DNA of 64,000 nt from an uncultured Erysipelotrichia bacterium (GTDB taxonomy: Bacteria > Bacillota_I > Bacilli_A > JBKEDG01), in contig CAZQIG010000002.1 in assembly GCA_964593055.1 (NCBI GenBank), positions 28,631-92,630 of the forward strand, given 5' to 3'. Position 1 is the first letter of the stretch. The number at the start of each line of letters is the position of its first letter. Made by a program: the position numbers and the translations under genes. Below, piece after piece: positions 41,906 to 51,091 of the stretch. The notes under the pieces were generated by a model, which saw only the letters and a list, made by a program, of their open reading frames with translations, was not told the origin of the DNA and did no database searches.

Positions 41906-42397
41906 TTATTTGTTGTTGTCATAATAACTATGTGCCATTCTTGAAGCAGCAGCAGCAATAATAGCTCCAGCAATATCATCTAGAAAAGTATTACAAACTT
42001 TAGCATCTTTACCAGCAATATCAATTTCTTTAATAACCCCAGTTTTAGCTTTATCTAAATAACCAAAATTAGTCAAACCAATTGAACCATAAACATTGAC
42101 AATTGATAAAGCGAGAATTTCATCAATTCCATATAAGCTAAAATCCTCATTTACAATCTTATTTAGAGGCTCATCTAACATATTTTTTTCTGCTAATTTA
42201 TCTAGATTAATTCCTGTTAGAATTGCAAATTGTACTTCTCTTTTATCTAACACAGCATAGATCATTTCTAAACAATATTCGTGATCGATATTAGGATTAT
42301 ACTTAATTTGTAGATCGTATAAAACATCAGCTAATTTACTGAAATTAACCCCACGTTCCTTTAACTGTTCAACAACAATGTTTTTTAAATCTTTCAT
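41906..42397 (-). CDS. Phosphatidylglycerophosphatase A family (YutG-like)
   Basis: ...VYGSIGLTNFGY...FLDDIAGAIIAAAASR; resembles B. subtilis YutG. Confidence 0.55.
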   Translation of the reverse strand: MKDLKNIVVEQLKERGVNFSKLADVLYDLQIKYNPNIDHEYCLEMIYAVLDKREVQFAILTGINLDKLAEKNMLDEPLNKIVNEDFSLYGIDEILALSIVNVYGSIGLTNFGYLDKAKTGVIKEIDIAGKDAKVCNTFLDDIAGAIIAAAASRMAHSYYDNNK

Positions 42398-42410
42398 CTC
42401 GTCCTCCTAA

Positions 42411-42662
42411 TTAGGCATCTACATCAACAACTTTAATAATACCAGGAACTTCTTCAACAAGTGCAAGTTCAATTACTTCAGAAAGTGTTACTGTTGATAA
42501 GGCACAACCGCTGCATGCACCTAAAAGACGCACGTATACAATCCCACTATCAACATTAATCAATTCAACATCTCCACCATCTCTTTGTAAATAAGGACGC
42601 ATCTTATCGAGTATTTTTTCAACTTCTTCATATATATTATCTTCTACTGACATTTTTATCAC
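42411..42662 (-). CDS. NifU-like Fe-S cluster protein (Nfu C-terminal domain)
   Basis: 83 aa with a CxxC site LLGACSGCALS. Confidence 0.75.
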   Translation of the reverse strand: MIKMSVEDNIYEEVEKILDKMRPYLQRDGGDVELINVDSGIVYVRLLGACSGCALSTVTLSEVIELALVEEVPGIIKVVDVDA

Positions 42663-42762
42663 CTAATTTATATTATAACTAAAAATAAAAATATATCAAG
42701 TTAAAGGTTTCAAAATTGTTAATGAGTTTAGATGTATGGTATAATGTGAAAGAGGTGTTTTC

Positions 42763-43128
42763 ATGCGAAGCTTAAAAGAAGGAAGTATTATAGTAGTTAA
42801 AGTAAAAAGTATTAAAAAATATGGGTTCTTTGTTAGTATAAATGAAGAGCTCGATGGTCTAGTACACATCTCTGAAATATCGGATAATTATGTAAAATCA
42901 ATTACAAAATTTGTTGAAGTAGGTGAAGTTATTTTAGCGAGGGTTGTCACGTATAGACAAGGTAAAATGAATCTTTCTATCAAGAATATGAATTATAAAT
43001 TACGCAAGACTTGTGTTAGATATTTAGAAGGTGACTATGTAGTAGATGAAAATTTTACCACAATTAAAGCTAAGCTTGGATTGTGGATAAAGGAGTATGA
43101 AAGAAATGATGAAATTAGTAAACGCTAA
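42763..43128 (+). CDS. S1 RNA-binding domain protein (general stress protein 13-like)
   Basis: 121 aa; S1 fold GSIIVVKVKSIKKYGFFVSI...GLVHISEIS. Confidence 0.7.
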   Translation: MRSLKEGSIIVVKVKSIKKYGFFVSINEELDGLVHISEISDNYVKSITKFVEVGEVILARVVTYRQGKMNLSIKNMNYKLRKTCVRYLEGDYVVDENFTTIKAKLGLWIKEYERNDEISKR

Positions 43129-43537
43129 TGAAGTAAAAGAAGTTTCAATTGAACAGTTGCATAATCAAAAAACAGTACTGTTTTTTTATCCAAAAGCTAA
43201 TACGCCAGGTTGAGTAGTAGAAGCTACAGACTTTTCCGGGTTGAAGAGTGAGTTTTTGGCTAGAGGATATCAGTTAATCGGTGTGAGCCGTGATAGTGTT
43301 AAAGCACAGCAAAATTTTATTGCTAAAAGAGAATTGACGATTGATTTGATTGCTGATGTTGATAGTGAGTTATGTACTTATTTTGAAGTATTGAAAGAAA
43401 AAAATATGTTTGGTAAATCATACATTGGAATTGAACGTTCGACATTTGTATTAGATGAAAACTTTCAGATTATTAAGGAATATCGCAAGATAAAAGTTGC
43501 AGGACACGCTAAAGAAGTTTTAGAAAATTTAAATTAA
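43106..43537 (+). CDS. Bcp/PrxQ-type peroxiredoxin with in-frame UGA (43211-43213) replacing the peroxidatic Cys; predicted selenoprotein
   Basis: ATG 43106 gives MMKLVNANEVKEVSIEQLHNQKTVLFFYPKANTPG-U-VVEATDFSGLKSEFLARGYQLIGVSRDS..., against the canonical FYPKDxTPGCTxE. It is in frame with the annotated ORF 43241-43537. A G.U-containing hairpin CTTTTC-cgggtt-GAAGAG starts 17 nt after the UGA. Confidence 0.6.
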
Positions 43538-43556
43538 GAGCGAAGGCTCTTTTTCT
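43537..43556 (+). terminator. Short hairpin plus T-tract after the peroxiredoxin gene
   Basis: AGAGC-gaag-GCTCT followed by TTTTC. Confidence 0.4.
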
Positions 43557-43581
43557 TAACTGATAAATGAATGGAGGATGT

Positions 43582-46122
43582 ATGGAAAAAATTGTAATTG
43601 TTGATGGATTTAATTTCTTGTTTCGTAGTTATTTTGCGACTGCTAGTACGGGAATGCGAAATTCTAAAGGATTTCCAACTAATGCATTGTATGCTTATCA
43701 TACGATGTTAACAAAGTTGATTACTGAAGAAAATCCCGATTACATGGTTGTTGTCATGGATAGTGGGAAAACTTTTAGGCATGATAGTTATCCCTTATAT
43801 AAAGCTCATCGTAAAGAAGCTCCTTTGGAGTTAAAGCAGCAAATTCCAAAAGCTGAAACAATGTTGAAGGGATTAGGAATTAGTGCACTTAGTTATGATG
43901 GGTATGAAGCTGATGATATTGCGGGAAGTTTAGCGAAAAAATATCAAGGTGAATATGAAGTTTTATTAGTTACTAGTGATCAAGATTATTTGCAGTTAGT
44001 TGATAAAAATACGACTGTTAAGCTGCTAAAAGCAAAAGATTTCAATTATTTTGATGAGCGTAAATTATTTGATGAATATGGCTTAAAGCCTAAGCAAATT
44101 ATTGATTTGAAAGCTTTAGAAGGTGATAAAAGCGATAATATTCCAGGAGTTAGTGGAATTGGGATTGTTGGGGCTAAGAAATTATTAAGTGAGTATTGTG
44201 ATATAGAGAGTATTTATGAAAACCTTGAAGAAATTAAGGGTAAAATTCAAGAAAAGTTAAGAGTTAATAAAGAAAATGCTTTTTTAAGTAAAGAGTTAGC
44301 AACGATTTATTGTGATTTAGAACTTGATTATAATTTAAATGAGTTTAAGATTAATAGGGATGAGAAATTATTACATGACTTTTATAAAGAAATGGAGTTT
44401 GCTTCATTTGTAAAAAGTGTGCAACAAGTAGAAGATATAGCGTATGAATTTGCTAATAGTTTAGATGTGATTACTGAAAATAGTGCTATTTATGTTGATT
44501 ATTATGGTAATTATTATGATAAAGAAGTCTTAGGAATTGGTGTATATGATGGAGAAAATGCTTACTATATTACAAAAGAAGTCCTTTATGCTAATTTAGA
44601 ACAATTAAACAAGGTGAAGAATTTTAGTTGTTATGACTATAAACGTTTATATATGACTTTTTCTGGTGAAGTTGGGGAGAGTAATTTTGATTTGTCAATT
44701 GCACATTACATTTTGGATTACAAAGCTAAAGAGATAAGTGAAATTGGTCTTAAGTTTGACATTTTATTAAAAAGTAATGAAGAGCTTTATGGAAAAGGTA
44801 AAAAGTATCATTATCCTGATGAAGAGCTCTTACAAAAAGAAGCTGTTAAAAAGGCTAAATTGATATTTGATTATAAGAAAATTTATTTAAAAGAGTTGGA
44901 AGAGCATCAAATAATGCAATTATATTATGAAATAGAATTACCTCTAGCTAAAGTTTTAGCTAAAATGGAGCTTGTAGGAATCAAAGTAGATGTCCATTTT
45001 CTACGAGAACTTGGCAAAGATCTCGATGTGCAGCTTGAAAAATTAGAAAAGCGCATTTTTGAGCTTGCAAAAGAAGAATTCAAAATCAACTCTTATAAAC
45101 AGCTCGGTGTAATATTATTTGAAAAACTAGCGATTCCATATCCGAAAAAAAATGCTAAAAGCTATTCGACATCTGTTGATATTTTAGAAAAAATTAAAAC
45201 AAAGCACGAAATTGTTCCACTTATTTTAGAGTATCGTCAAATAGCAAAAATTAATAGCACATATGTCAAAGGACTAATCAGCTATGTTTTTGATGATGAA
45301 CGCATTCATACTATTTTTCAACATACGAAAGTAGCTACGGGAAGACTTTCTTCTATTGAACCTAATTTGCAAAACATTTCTGTTAGAACAGAGCTTGGAA
45401 GAGAAATACGTAAGGCTTTTGTAGCAGATAATCAACTGTTTGCATGTGATTATTCACAAATAGAATTACGTGTTTTAGCACATTTAAGTGAAAATGAGCA
45501 TTTACTAGAAGCTTTCAATGAAAAGATAGATATTCATACGAAAACTGCTAGTGATGTTTATGGAATTGCACTTGATGAAGTTACTCCAGAAATGCGTCGA
45601 ATAGCTAAGGCAGTTAATTTTGGAATTATTTATGGTCAAAGAGAATTTGGGTTAAGCGAGAATTTAGGTATTGAAATATATGAGGCTAAACAGTTTATCG
45701 ATGATTATTTTATAAAATATGCTGGTGTTAAAAAATATTTAGAAGATGTTGTTGCTGAAGCGACAAAAAAAGGTTATACGACAACTATTTTTAAACGTCT
45801 TAGATATATTGAAGAATTAAAGAGTAATAACTTCATGCAAAAACAGTTAGGTGAAAGATTAGCGATGAATACGCCTATTCAAGGAAGTGCTGCGGATATT
45901 ATTAAGTTAGCGATGGTAAAAATAGATGATGCTTTTGAAATGCAAAAAATTAAATCAAAGATGATTTTACAAGTGCATGATGAATTGATTTTTGATATAA
46001 TAGAGGGCGAAGAAAAGCTTGTTGAAGATATAGTTGTAGAGATTATGGAAAATTGTTTGAAATTAAAAGTACCATTAGTCGTAGAAGCTAAATTTGGGAA
46101 AAGATGGTACGACGCAAAGTAG
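43582..46122 (+). CDS. polA: DNA polymerase I
   Basis: 5'-3' exonuclease N-terminus and Pol A motifs (DYSQIELR, QVHDELIF). GGAGG RBS before ATG 43582. Confidence 0.95.
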   Translation: MEKIVIVDGFNFLFRSYFATASTGMRNSKGFPTNALYAYHTMLTKLITEENPDYMVVVMDSGKTFRHDSYPLYKAHRKEAPLELKQQIPKAETMLKGLGISALSYDGYEADDIAGSLAKKYQGEYEVLLVTSDQDYLQLVDKNTTVKLLKAKDFNYFDERKLFDEYGLKPKQIIDLKALEGDKSDNIPGVSGIGIVGAKKLLSEYCDIESIYENLEEIKGKIQEKLRVNKENAFLSKELATIYCDLELDYNLNEFKINRDEKLLHDFYKEMEFASFVKSVQQVEDIAYEFANSLDVITENSAIYVDYYGNYYDKEVLGIGVYDGENAYYITKEVLYANLEQLNKVKNFSCYDYKRLYMTFSGEVGESNFDLSIAHYILDYKAKEISEIGLKFDILLKSNEELYGKGKKYHYPDEELLQKEAVKKAKLIFDYKKIYLKELEEHQIMQLYYEIELPLAKVLAKMELVGIKVDVHFLRELGKDLDVQLEKLEKRIFELAKEEFKINSYKQLGVILFEKLAIPYPKKNAKSYSTSVDILEKIKTKHEIVPLILEYRQIAKINSTYVKGLISYVFDDERIHTIFQHTKVATGRLSSIEPNLQNISVRTELGREIRKAFVADNQLFACDYSQIELRVLAHLSENEHLLEAFNEKIDIHTKTASDVYGIALDEVTPEMRRIAKAVNFGIIYGQREFGLSENLGIEIYEAKQFIDDYFIKYAGVKKYLEDVVAEATKKGYTTTIFKRLRYIEELKSNNFMQKQLGERLAMNTPIQGSAADIIKLAMVKIDDAFEMQKIKSKMILQVHDELIFDIIEGEEKLVEDIVVEIMENCLKLKVPLVVEAKFGKRWYDAK

Positions 46123-46130
46123 GTGAAAAG

Positions 46131-46934
46131 ATGCCAGAACTACCAGAAGTAGAAACAGTAAGAAGAACATTATTACAAGCTGTTAAAGGAAAGAAGATTA
46201 GTGATGTAGAAATTCAATATCCGCTTATTATTAAGGGAATCAATCCGCTAGATTTTAAAAAGAGTTTAATCAATCGTAAAATTAGCGATATCAAAAGAAT
46301 TGGTAAATATTTAATATTTGATTTAGATGGTTTGTATTTACTTTCACATTTGCGTATGGAAGGTAAATACTTTATTGATGAATTAAATGCTGATTGGCGT
46401 AAACATGATCATATTCGTTTTTATTTAGATGATTTAATTCTCGTCTATAATGATGTACGTAAATTCGGTACGATGCATTTAACAAATAATTATCACAGTC
46501 ATCCTTCAATTGTTAAACTTGGAAAAGAGCCTTTTGAAATTAGTGTGAAAGATTTACAAGCTAAAATGCATTCTAAAAAAGCGATTAAAACACTTTTATT
46601 AGATCAAACTGTTATTAGTGGACTAGGTAATATTTATGTAGATGAAGTACTATTTTTAGCTAGACTACATCCTACTACAAGTGCAGATAAATGTTATGAT
46701 AAAGCAGAATTATTAATAAATTCGGCAATAAAAACACTAAATAAAGCGATAAAACTAGGTGGGACAACGATTAGAAGCTATACTTCTAGTGAAGGTGTTA
46801 GTGGTAAATTTCAAAATAGTTTATTAGTGCATATGCAAAAAGGAAATGAGTGTAGTGTTTGTCAAACACCAATTGAAAAAATAGTTGTTGGAGGTAGGGG
46901 AACGTATTATTGTCCTCATTGTCAAAAATGTTAG
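46131..46934 (+). CDS. mutM: Formamidopyrimidine-DNA glycosylase
   Basis: MPELPEVETVRR N-terminus and a C-terminal zinc finger CxxC...CxxC. Confidence 0.9.
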   Translation: MPELPEVETVRRTLLQAVKGKKISDVEIQYPLIIKGINPLDFKKSLINRKISDIKRIGKYLIFDLDGLYLLSHLRMEGKYFIDELNADWRKHDHIRFYLDDLILVYNDVRKFGTMHLTNNYHSHPSIVKLGKEPFEISVKDLQAKMHSKKAIKTLLLDQTVISGLGNIYVDEVLFLARLHPTTSADKCYDKAELLINSAIKTLNKAIKLGGTTIRSYTSSEGVSGKFQNSLLVHMQKGNECSVCQTPIEKIVVGGRGTYYCPHCQKC

Positions 46935-47473
46935 CTTTAACAGGTTCAATTGGAACGGGTAAGTCAACAGTTGTGAAACTCTTAAAAGCTCATGGAGTAC
47001 GTATTTTTGATTGTGATGAGTATGTAGCAAATTTATATAATCAAGAGAGTTTTGTTCAAGAGCTTTCAAATATGTTTTTTGCTGGACGATCTTTTCAAAA
47101 AAGTGAGCTATTAAAAGTCATCATGGAAGATAAAAAACAGCGTGAAAAATTAAATAACGTTGTGCATCCATTAGTATTTGCAGAGTTAAAAAGACTTGAT
47201 GATGATATTTTAGTAGATATTCCGCTACTTTTTGAAAGTCAGTCCGAACATTTCTTTTCTAAAATTATTGTTGTCTATTGTTCAAAAGACAAACAAGTAG
47301 CACGGCTTATTAAGCGTGAAGGAGTTTCTAAAGCAGAGGCACTTAAGTTGATTGAAATGCAAGAAGATATTGAAAAGAAAGCTTTAGTAGCTGATATTGT
47401 TATTGATAATAATGGAACAATTAAAGAGTTAGAAAGTGAAGTAAAAGAAAAATTGCAGTTTTTATGGAGGTAA
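46928..47473 (+). CDS. coaE: Dephospho-CoA kinase
   Basis: MLALTGSIGTGKST P-loop. Confidence 0.85.
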   Translation: MLALTGSIGTGKSTVVKLLKAHGVRIFDCDEYVANLYNQESFVQELSNMFFAGRSFQKSELLKVIMEDKKQREKLNNVVHPLVFAELKRLDDDILVDIPLLFESQSEHFFSKIIVVYCSKDKQVARLIKREGVSKAEALKLIEMQEDIEKKALVADIVIDNNGTIKELESEVKEKLQFLWR

Positions 47474-47476
47474 TTG

Positions 47477-48610
47477 ATGAAAAGTGCAGGAGATAAATTT
47501 CAAGTTTTTTCTAAGATATTTTTAAATAGTGATACGAGAGTTTTATTTGCTTTGTATAAACACATTGTCGGTCTTGAAGCTGTGATGTTGTATAATGATT
47601 TATTACATGATTTAGGAGAAAATAGATATTCTAGTAAGCGTAGTGTTCAGTTTTTAATGGAACAATATCAAAGTAATTTAGAAGAAATTAATAAATACCT
47701 TGATAAGTTGTCAGCTGTTAATTTAATTGATGTTTATTATGGTAATGGATATTTAATTGAGCTTCATCAGCCATTAAATTTTGAAGAAGTATTTGCAGAT
47801 TTACTTTTGAATAAGATGTTAAAACAGCATTTAAGCGCAGATTTTTATCAAGGGTTACTTGATAAGTATGGTAAACATCATTATAATTTAAATGAATTTA
47901 AAAAAATTTCTAAAACTAGTCGAGAAGTTTTTAATTTAGAAAGAAAAGTTAGTGCTCATGAAGTAAAATCGACACATGATTATGATGAACTTATTATTCT
48001 TGTGAAGCGTTTTGGCTATAATATTTTAAATGATGAATTAGAAAATATTATCTATTTATTGACTTTAAATAATGTAAGTGTTAAAAACGCTTTTAGAATT
48101 ATTAATGATTCATTAAATCACAATCGCTTAAACGAAGAACTTTTTGTGCAGAATTTAAAAAAAATGCGTGGTAAGTATTTTGTAAATAGTCAAGAAGAAA
48201 TTATTTCTAAAGAAAATTATTTAGATTTTTTACAAAATGAAGATAGCGAAGTTTTTTATGCTAAGCTTTGTAGAGGAAAAGTTTTAAATAAAAGTGAAAA
48301 AGATTTAATTAAATTTTTGCGAAAAAGCTATCATTTTTCTGATAGTGTTATTAATGTTTTATTAGATTATATTTATAAATCTAATGATCGTAATATGAAT
48401 CCTAAATATATTAAAGCAATTGCCAGCGTCTGGTACAATCATGCGATTAGCGATGCTAATGAAGCGATGAAAATAGCTAAGAAGATGTATCATGGTAAGG
48501 TTGAAGGACCTAAGTGGTTAAATGATCATAGTTTTGAAGAAGCAGATGATAAGACACAAAAGGAAATGGAAAAATTGATTGAGGAAATGGTGAAACATGA
48601 AAAAAGTTAG
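47477..48610 (+). CDS. dnaB: Replication initiation and membrane attachment protein (Firmicutes DnaB/DnaD-like)
   Basis: Its position directly upstream of dnaI matches the B. subtilis dnaB-dnaI operon. DnaD-like repeat region. GGAGG RBS before ATG 47477. Confidence 0.5.
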   Translation: MKSAGDKFQVFSKIFLNSDTRVLFALYKHIVGLEAVMLYNDLLHDLGENRYSSKRSVQFLMEQYQSNLEEINKYLDKLSAVNLIDVYYGNGYLIELHQPLNFEEVFADLLLNKMLKQHLSADFYQGLLDKYGKHHYNLNEFKKISKTSREVFNLERKVSAHEVKSTHDYDELIILVKRFGYNILNDELENIIYLLTLNNVSVKNAFRIINDSLNHNRLNEELFVQNLKKMRGKYFVNSQEEIISKENYLDFLQNEDSEVFYAKLCRGKVLNKSEKDLIKFLRKSYHFSDSVINVLLDYIYKSNDRNMNPKYIKAIASVWYNHAISDANEAMKIAKKMYHGKVEGPKWLNDHSFEEADDKTQKEMEKLIEEMVKHEKS

Positions 48611-49466
48611 TGAATTATTTGATGAAAAATTAATAGATGATCTCAATCACAAATTAATGGAAAAACATTTAGATAATATGTCTGATATTGCATATAGAAC
48701 GCTTTTTGAAAGTTATCATGATCCTAGTTTATACATTGAAACAGCTTTGATTATGAGTAGTTTAAAAGAAGCAGCGTCTTGCAAGACTTGTAAGGAAATT
48801 AATGAGTGTAGTAATAAATTACAAGGGCATAAATTAGTTTTAAATTATAAAAATAAATTAGAAGAAGTATATGAGCCTTGTAATTATTACTTGGAAATAA
48901 TTCGTAAAAAACGTATTTATTATGTTGGTGTTAATAGCGAGTTATATGAAGCTAAGTTAGAAAAAATTTATGTTGATGATGCTAGTAGAATGGAAATTTT
49001 ACAAGTTTTTAAAGAGCTATTATCAACTAATAGTAAAAAGGGTATTTATCTACATGGAAAGTTCGGTACTGGTAAAACTTATATGATGAGTGCGTTTTTA
49101 AATAAGCTGAGTGAAAGTTATGAAAAATGTGGCTTAGTTTATTTTCCAAGGTTATTAGTAGAATTGAAAAATTCCTATACCGATAAAACAAATTATTTAG
49201 ATAAAATTATGATGCTTGATGTTTTAGTTATCGATGATTTGGGAGCAGAGCATATGACTTCTTGGAGCCGTGATGAAGTTTTAGGTACGATTTTACAATA
49301 TCGTATGGAAAATAGGTTGTTAACACTATTTACTTCCAATCTATCGATTAGTGAATTAGAACGATTTTACAGCAGAGACAAGAGTGAAGTTAATGCAAGA
49401 AGAATTATTGATCGTATTAAGTTTTTAAGTAGTCCTTATGCACTCTTCAATAAGCAATATAGATAA
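48597..49466 (+). CDS. dnaI: Primosomal protein DnaI (helicase loader)
   Basis: N-terminal Zn-binding Cys cluster and AAA+ Walker A LHGKFGTGKTYM. Confidence 0.8.
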   Translation: MKKVSELFDEKLIDDLNHKLMEKHLDNMSDIAYRTLFESYHDPSLYIETALIMSSLKEAASCKTCKEINECSNKLQGHKLVLNYKNKLEEVYEPCNYYLEIIRKKRIYYVGVNSELYEAKLEKIYVDDASRMEILQVFKELLSTNSKKGIYLHGKFGTGKTYMMSAFLNKLSESYEKCGLVYFPRLLVELKNSYTDKTNYLDKIMMLDVLVIDDLGAEHMTSWSRDEVLGTILQYRMENRLLTLFTSNLSISELERFYSRDKSEVNARRIIDRIKFLSSPYALFNKQYR

Positions 49467-49531
49467 GGCTTGTCATATAAGACTAAATATTATATAATCT
49501 ATTTATGTATCTTATAGTGAGGTGAACAAAA

Positions 49532-50818
49532 TTGAACGACAGTAGTTTATATGTCCTCTTGGGAATAATTTTAATATGCTTGTCAGCATTTTTCTCGGCA
49601 AGTGAAACGGCGTATTCGACAATGAATGTGATGCGAATGCGTAAGTATAGTGAAGAGGATATGAAAGGTGCTAAAAAAGCACTAGCTATCTATAATAATT
49701 TTGAAATGACAATTACAACTATTTTAATTTGTAATAATGTTGTAAATATTGCTATGGCAGCAATTGCAACAATCTTTTTTGTTGATAATTTTCAAAGACT
49801 ATCTGCTGATCAATCAGCACTAGCTTCTACAGCATTTGTAACGATAATTGTTTTGATTTTTGGTGAAGTTTTACCAAAGAATTATGCCAAAGCAAAACCA
49901 GAAAATTATGCTATGAAAACATCGGCGATAATGTATATGTTGATTAAGCTATTAAAACCAGTAAGTTTTCCGATTAGAAAAATCAACAAGCTTTTTAATA
50001 AGAAAGTCAAACACAATGTTAGTGTAACAGAAGCGGAGTTACGAAAAATGATTGATTACATTGAAGAAGAGGGTGTCATTGAAGAAAATGAAAGTGATTT
50101 AGTACGTTCAGCACTCGATTTTGATGATAAAATTATTGGTGATGTTTTAACACCGCGAACAGATGTTATCGGGCTTGATATTGATAGTACGCAAGAAGAA
50201 ATTCTTGAAGTGATTTATCAAGAAAAATATTCTCGTATTCCTGTTTATCGTGAGACAATTGATAACATTATTGGTGTAGTTCACGCGCGTGAGATTTTCA
50301 AACAATATATTAAGGAGCAAGAAATTTCTTTAGAGAAGTTAATGCATAATCCGATTTTTGTACCTAAATCTATGAAAATGATTAAGTTACTAGATGAGCT
50401 ACAAGCTGAAAAAGGTCATATGGCTATTGTAAAAGATGAGCATGGTGGAACGAGTGGTATTTGTACGATGGAAGATTTATTAGAGCAGTTAGTTGGCGAT
50501 ATTTGGGATGAACGTGATACTGTTGAGCATCGTATAACTGAAAAAGACGATAAGCTGATTGTTTCTTCTGATTATGAATTAGATGAATTGTTTGAGACTT
50601 ATTTAGAAGATACTAAGTTACCTGATACTGAGTATTCGACTGTTGGTGGTTGGATTTACGAACTAATAGAAGAAATTCCAGAGGTTAATGATACTTATGA
50701 GTATCATGATAATAAGTATACGATTGATATTAAGATTTTAGAAGTAATCAATCATAAGATTGAATTAGTGGAATTAAAAATTACTAAAAATATTGATGAA
50801 GAGGAAATGACTATATAA
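49532..50818 (+). CDS. CNNM/CorC/HlyC-family transporter (DUF21 + CBS pair + CorC_HlyC)
   Basis: 428 aa with an N-terminal 4-TM DUF21, CBS domains and C-terminal transporter-associated domain. Confidence 0.8.
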   Translation: MNDSSLYVLLGIILICLSAFFSASETAYSTMNVMRMRKYSEEDMKGAKKALAIYNNFEMTITTILICNNVVNIAMAAIATIFFVDNFQRLSADQSALASTAFVTIIVLIFGEVLPKNYAKAKPENYAMKTSAIMYMLIKLLKPVSFPIRKINKLFNKKVKHNVSVTEAELRKMIDYIEEEGVIEENESDLVRSALDFDDKIIGDVLTPRTDVIGLDIDSTQEEILEVIYQEKYSRIPVYRETIDNIIGVVHAREIFKQYIKEQEISLEKLMHNPIFVPKSMKMIKLLDELQAEKGHMAIVKDEHGGTSGICTMEDLLEQLVGDIWDERDTVEHRITEKDDKLIVSSDYELDELFETYLEDTKLPDTEYSTVGGWIYELIEEIPEVNDTYEYHDNKYTIDIKILEVINHKIELVELKITKNIDEEEMTI

Positions 50819-50827
50819 GGAGTGTTT

Positions 50828-51055
50828 ATGGAAAATATAATTATGATTACAATTGTAGCAATTTCAATTTTAATTATTTCAATTGTTTTATTACAAAGTA
50901 ATAAAGCTGAGGGGGCATCACAAGTTATTAGTGGTGGAACTGATTTATTTACAGAAAGAAAAGAACGAGGAGTAGAAAAAGCAGTGACAAGAGTTACGTT
51001 TGTTTTAATTTTTACATTTATTTTACTAACTTTCTTGTTATCTTATGTATTATAA
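50828..51055 (+). CDS. secG: Preprotein translocase subunit SecG
   Basis: Two TM segments flanking GASQVISGGTDLFTERKERG. Confidence 0.7.
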   Translation: MENIIMITIVAISILIISIVLLQSNKAEGASQVISGGTDLFTERKERGVEKAVTRVTFVLIFTFILLTFLLSYVL

Positions 51056-51078
51056 AAAAGGCGTAAGCCTTTTTAGTT
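51054..51078 (+). terminator. Intrinsic terminator after secG
   Basis: AAAAAGGC-gtaa-GCCTTTTT. Confidence 0.5.
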
Positions 51079-51091
51079 TATGGGAGAGTAT

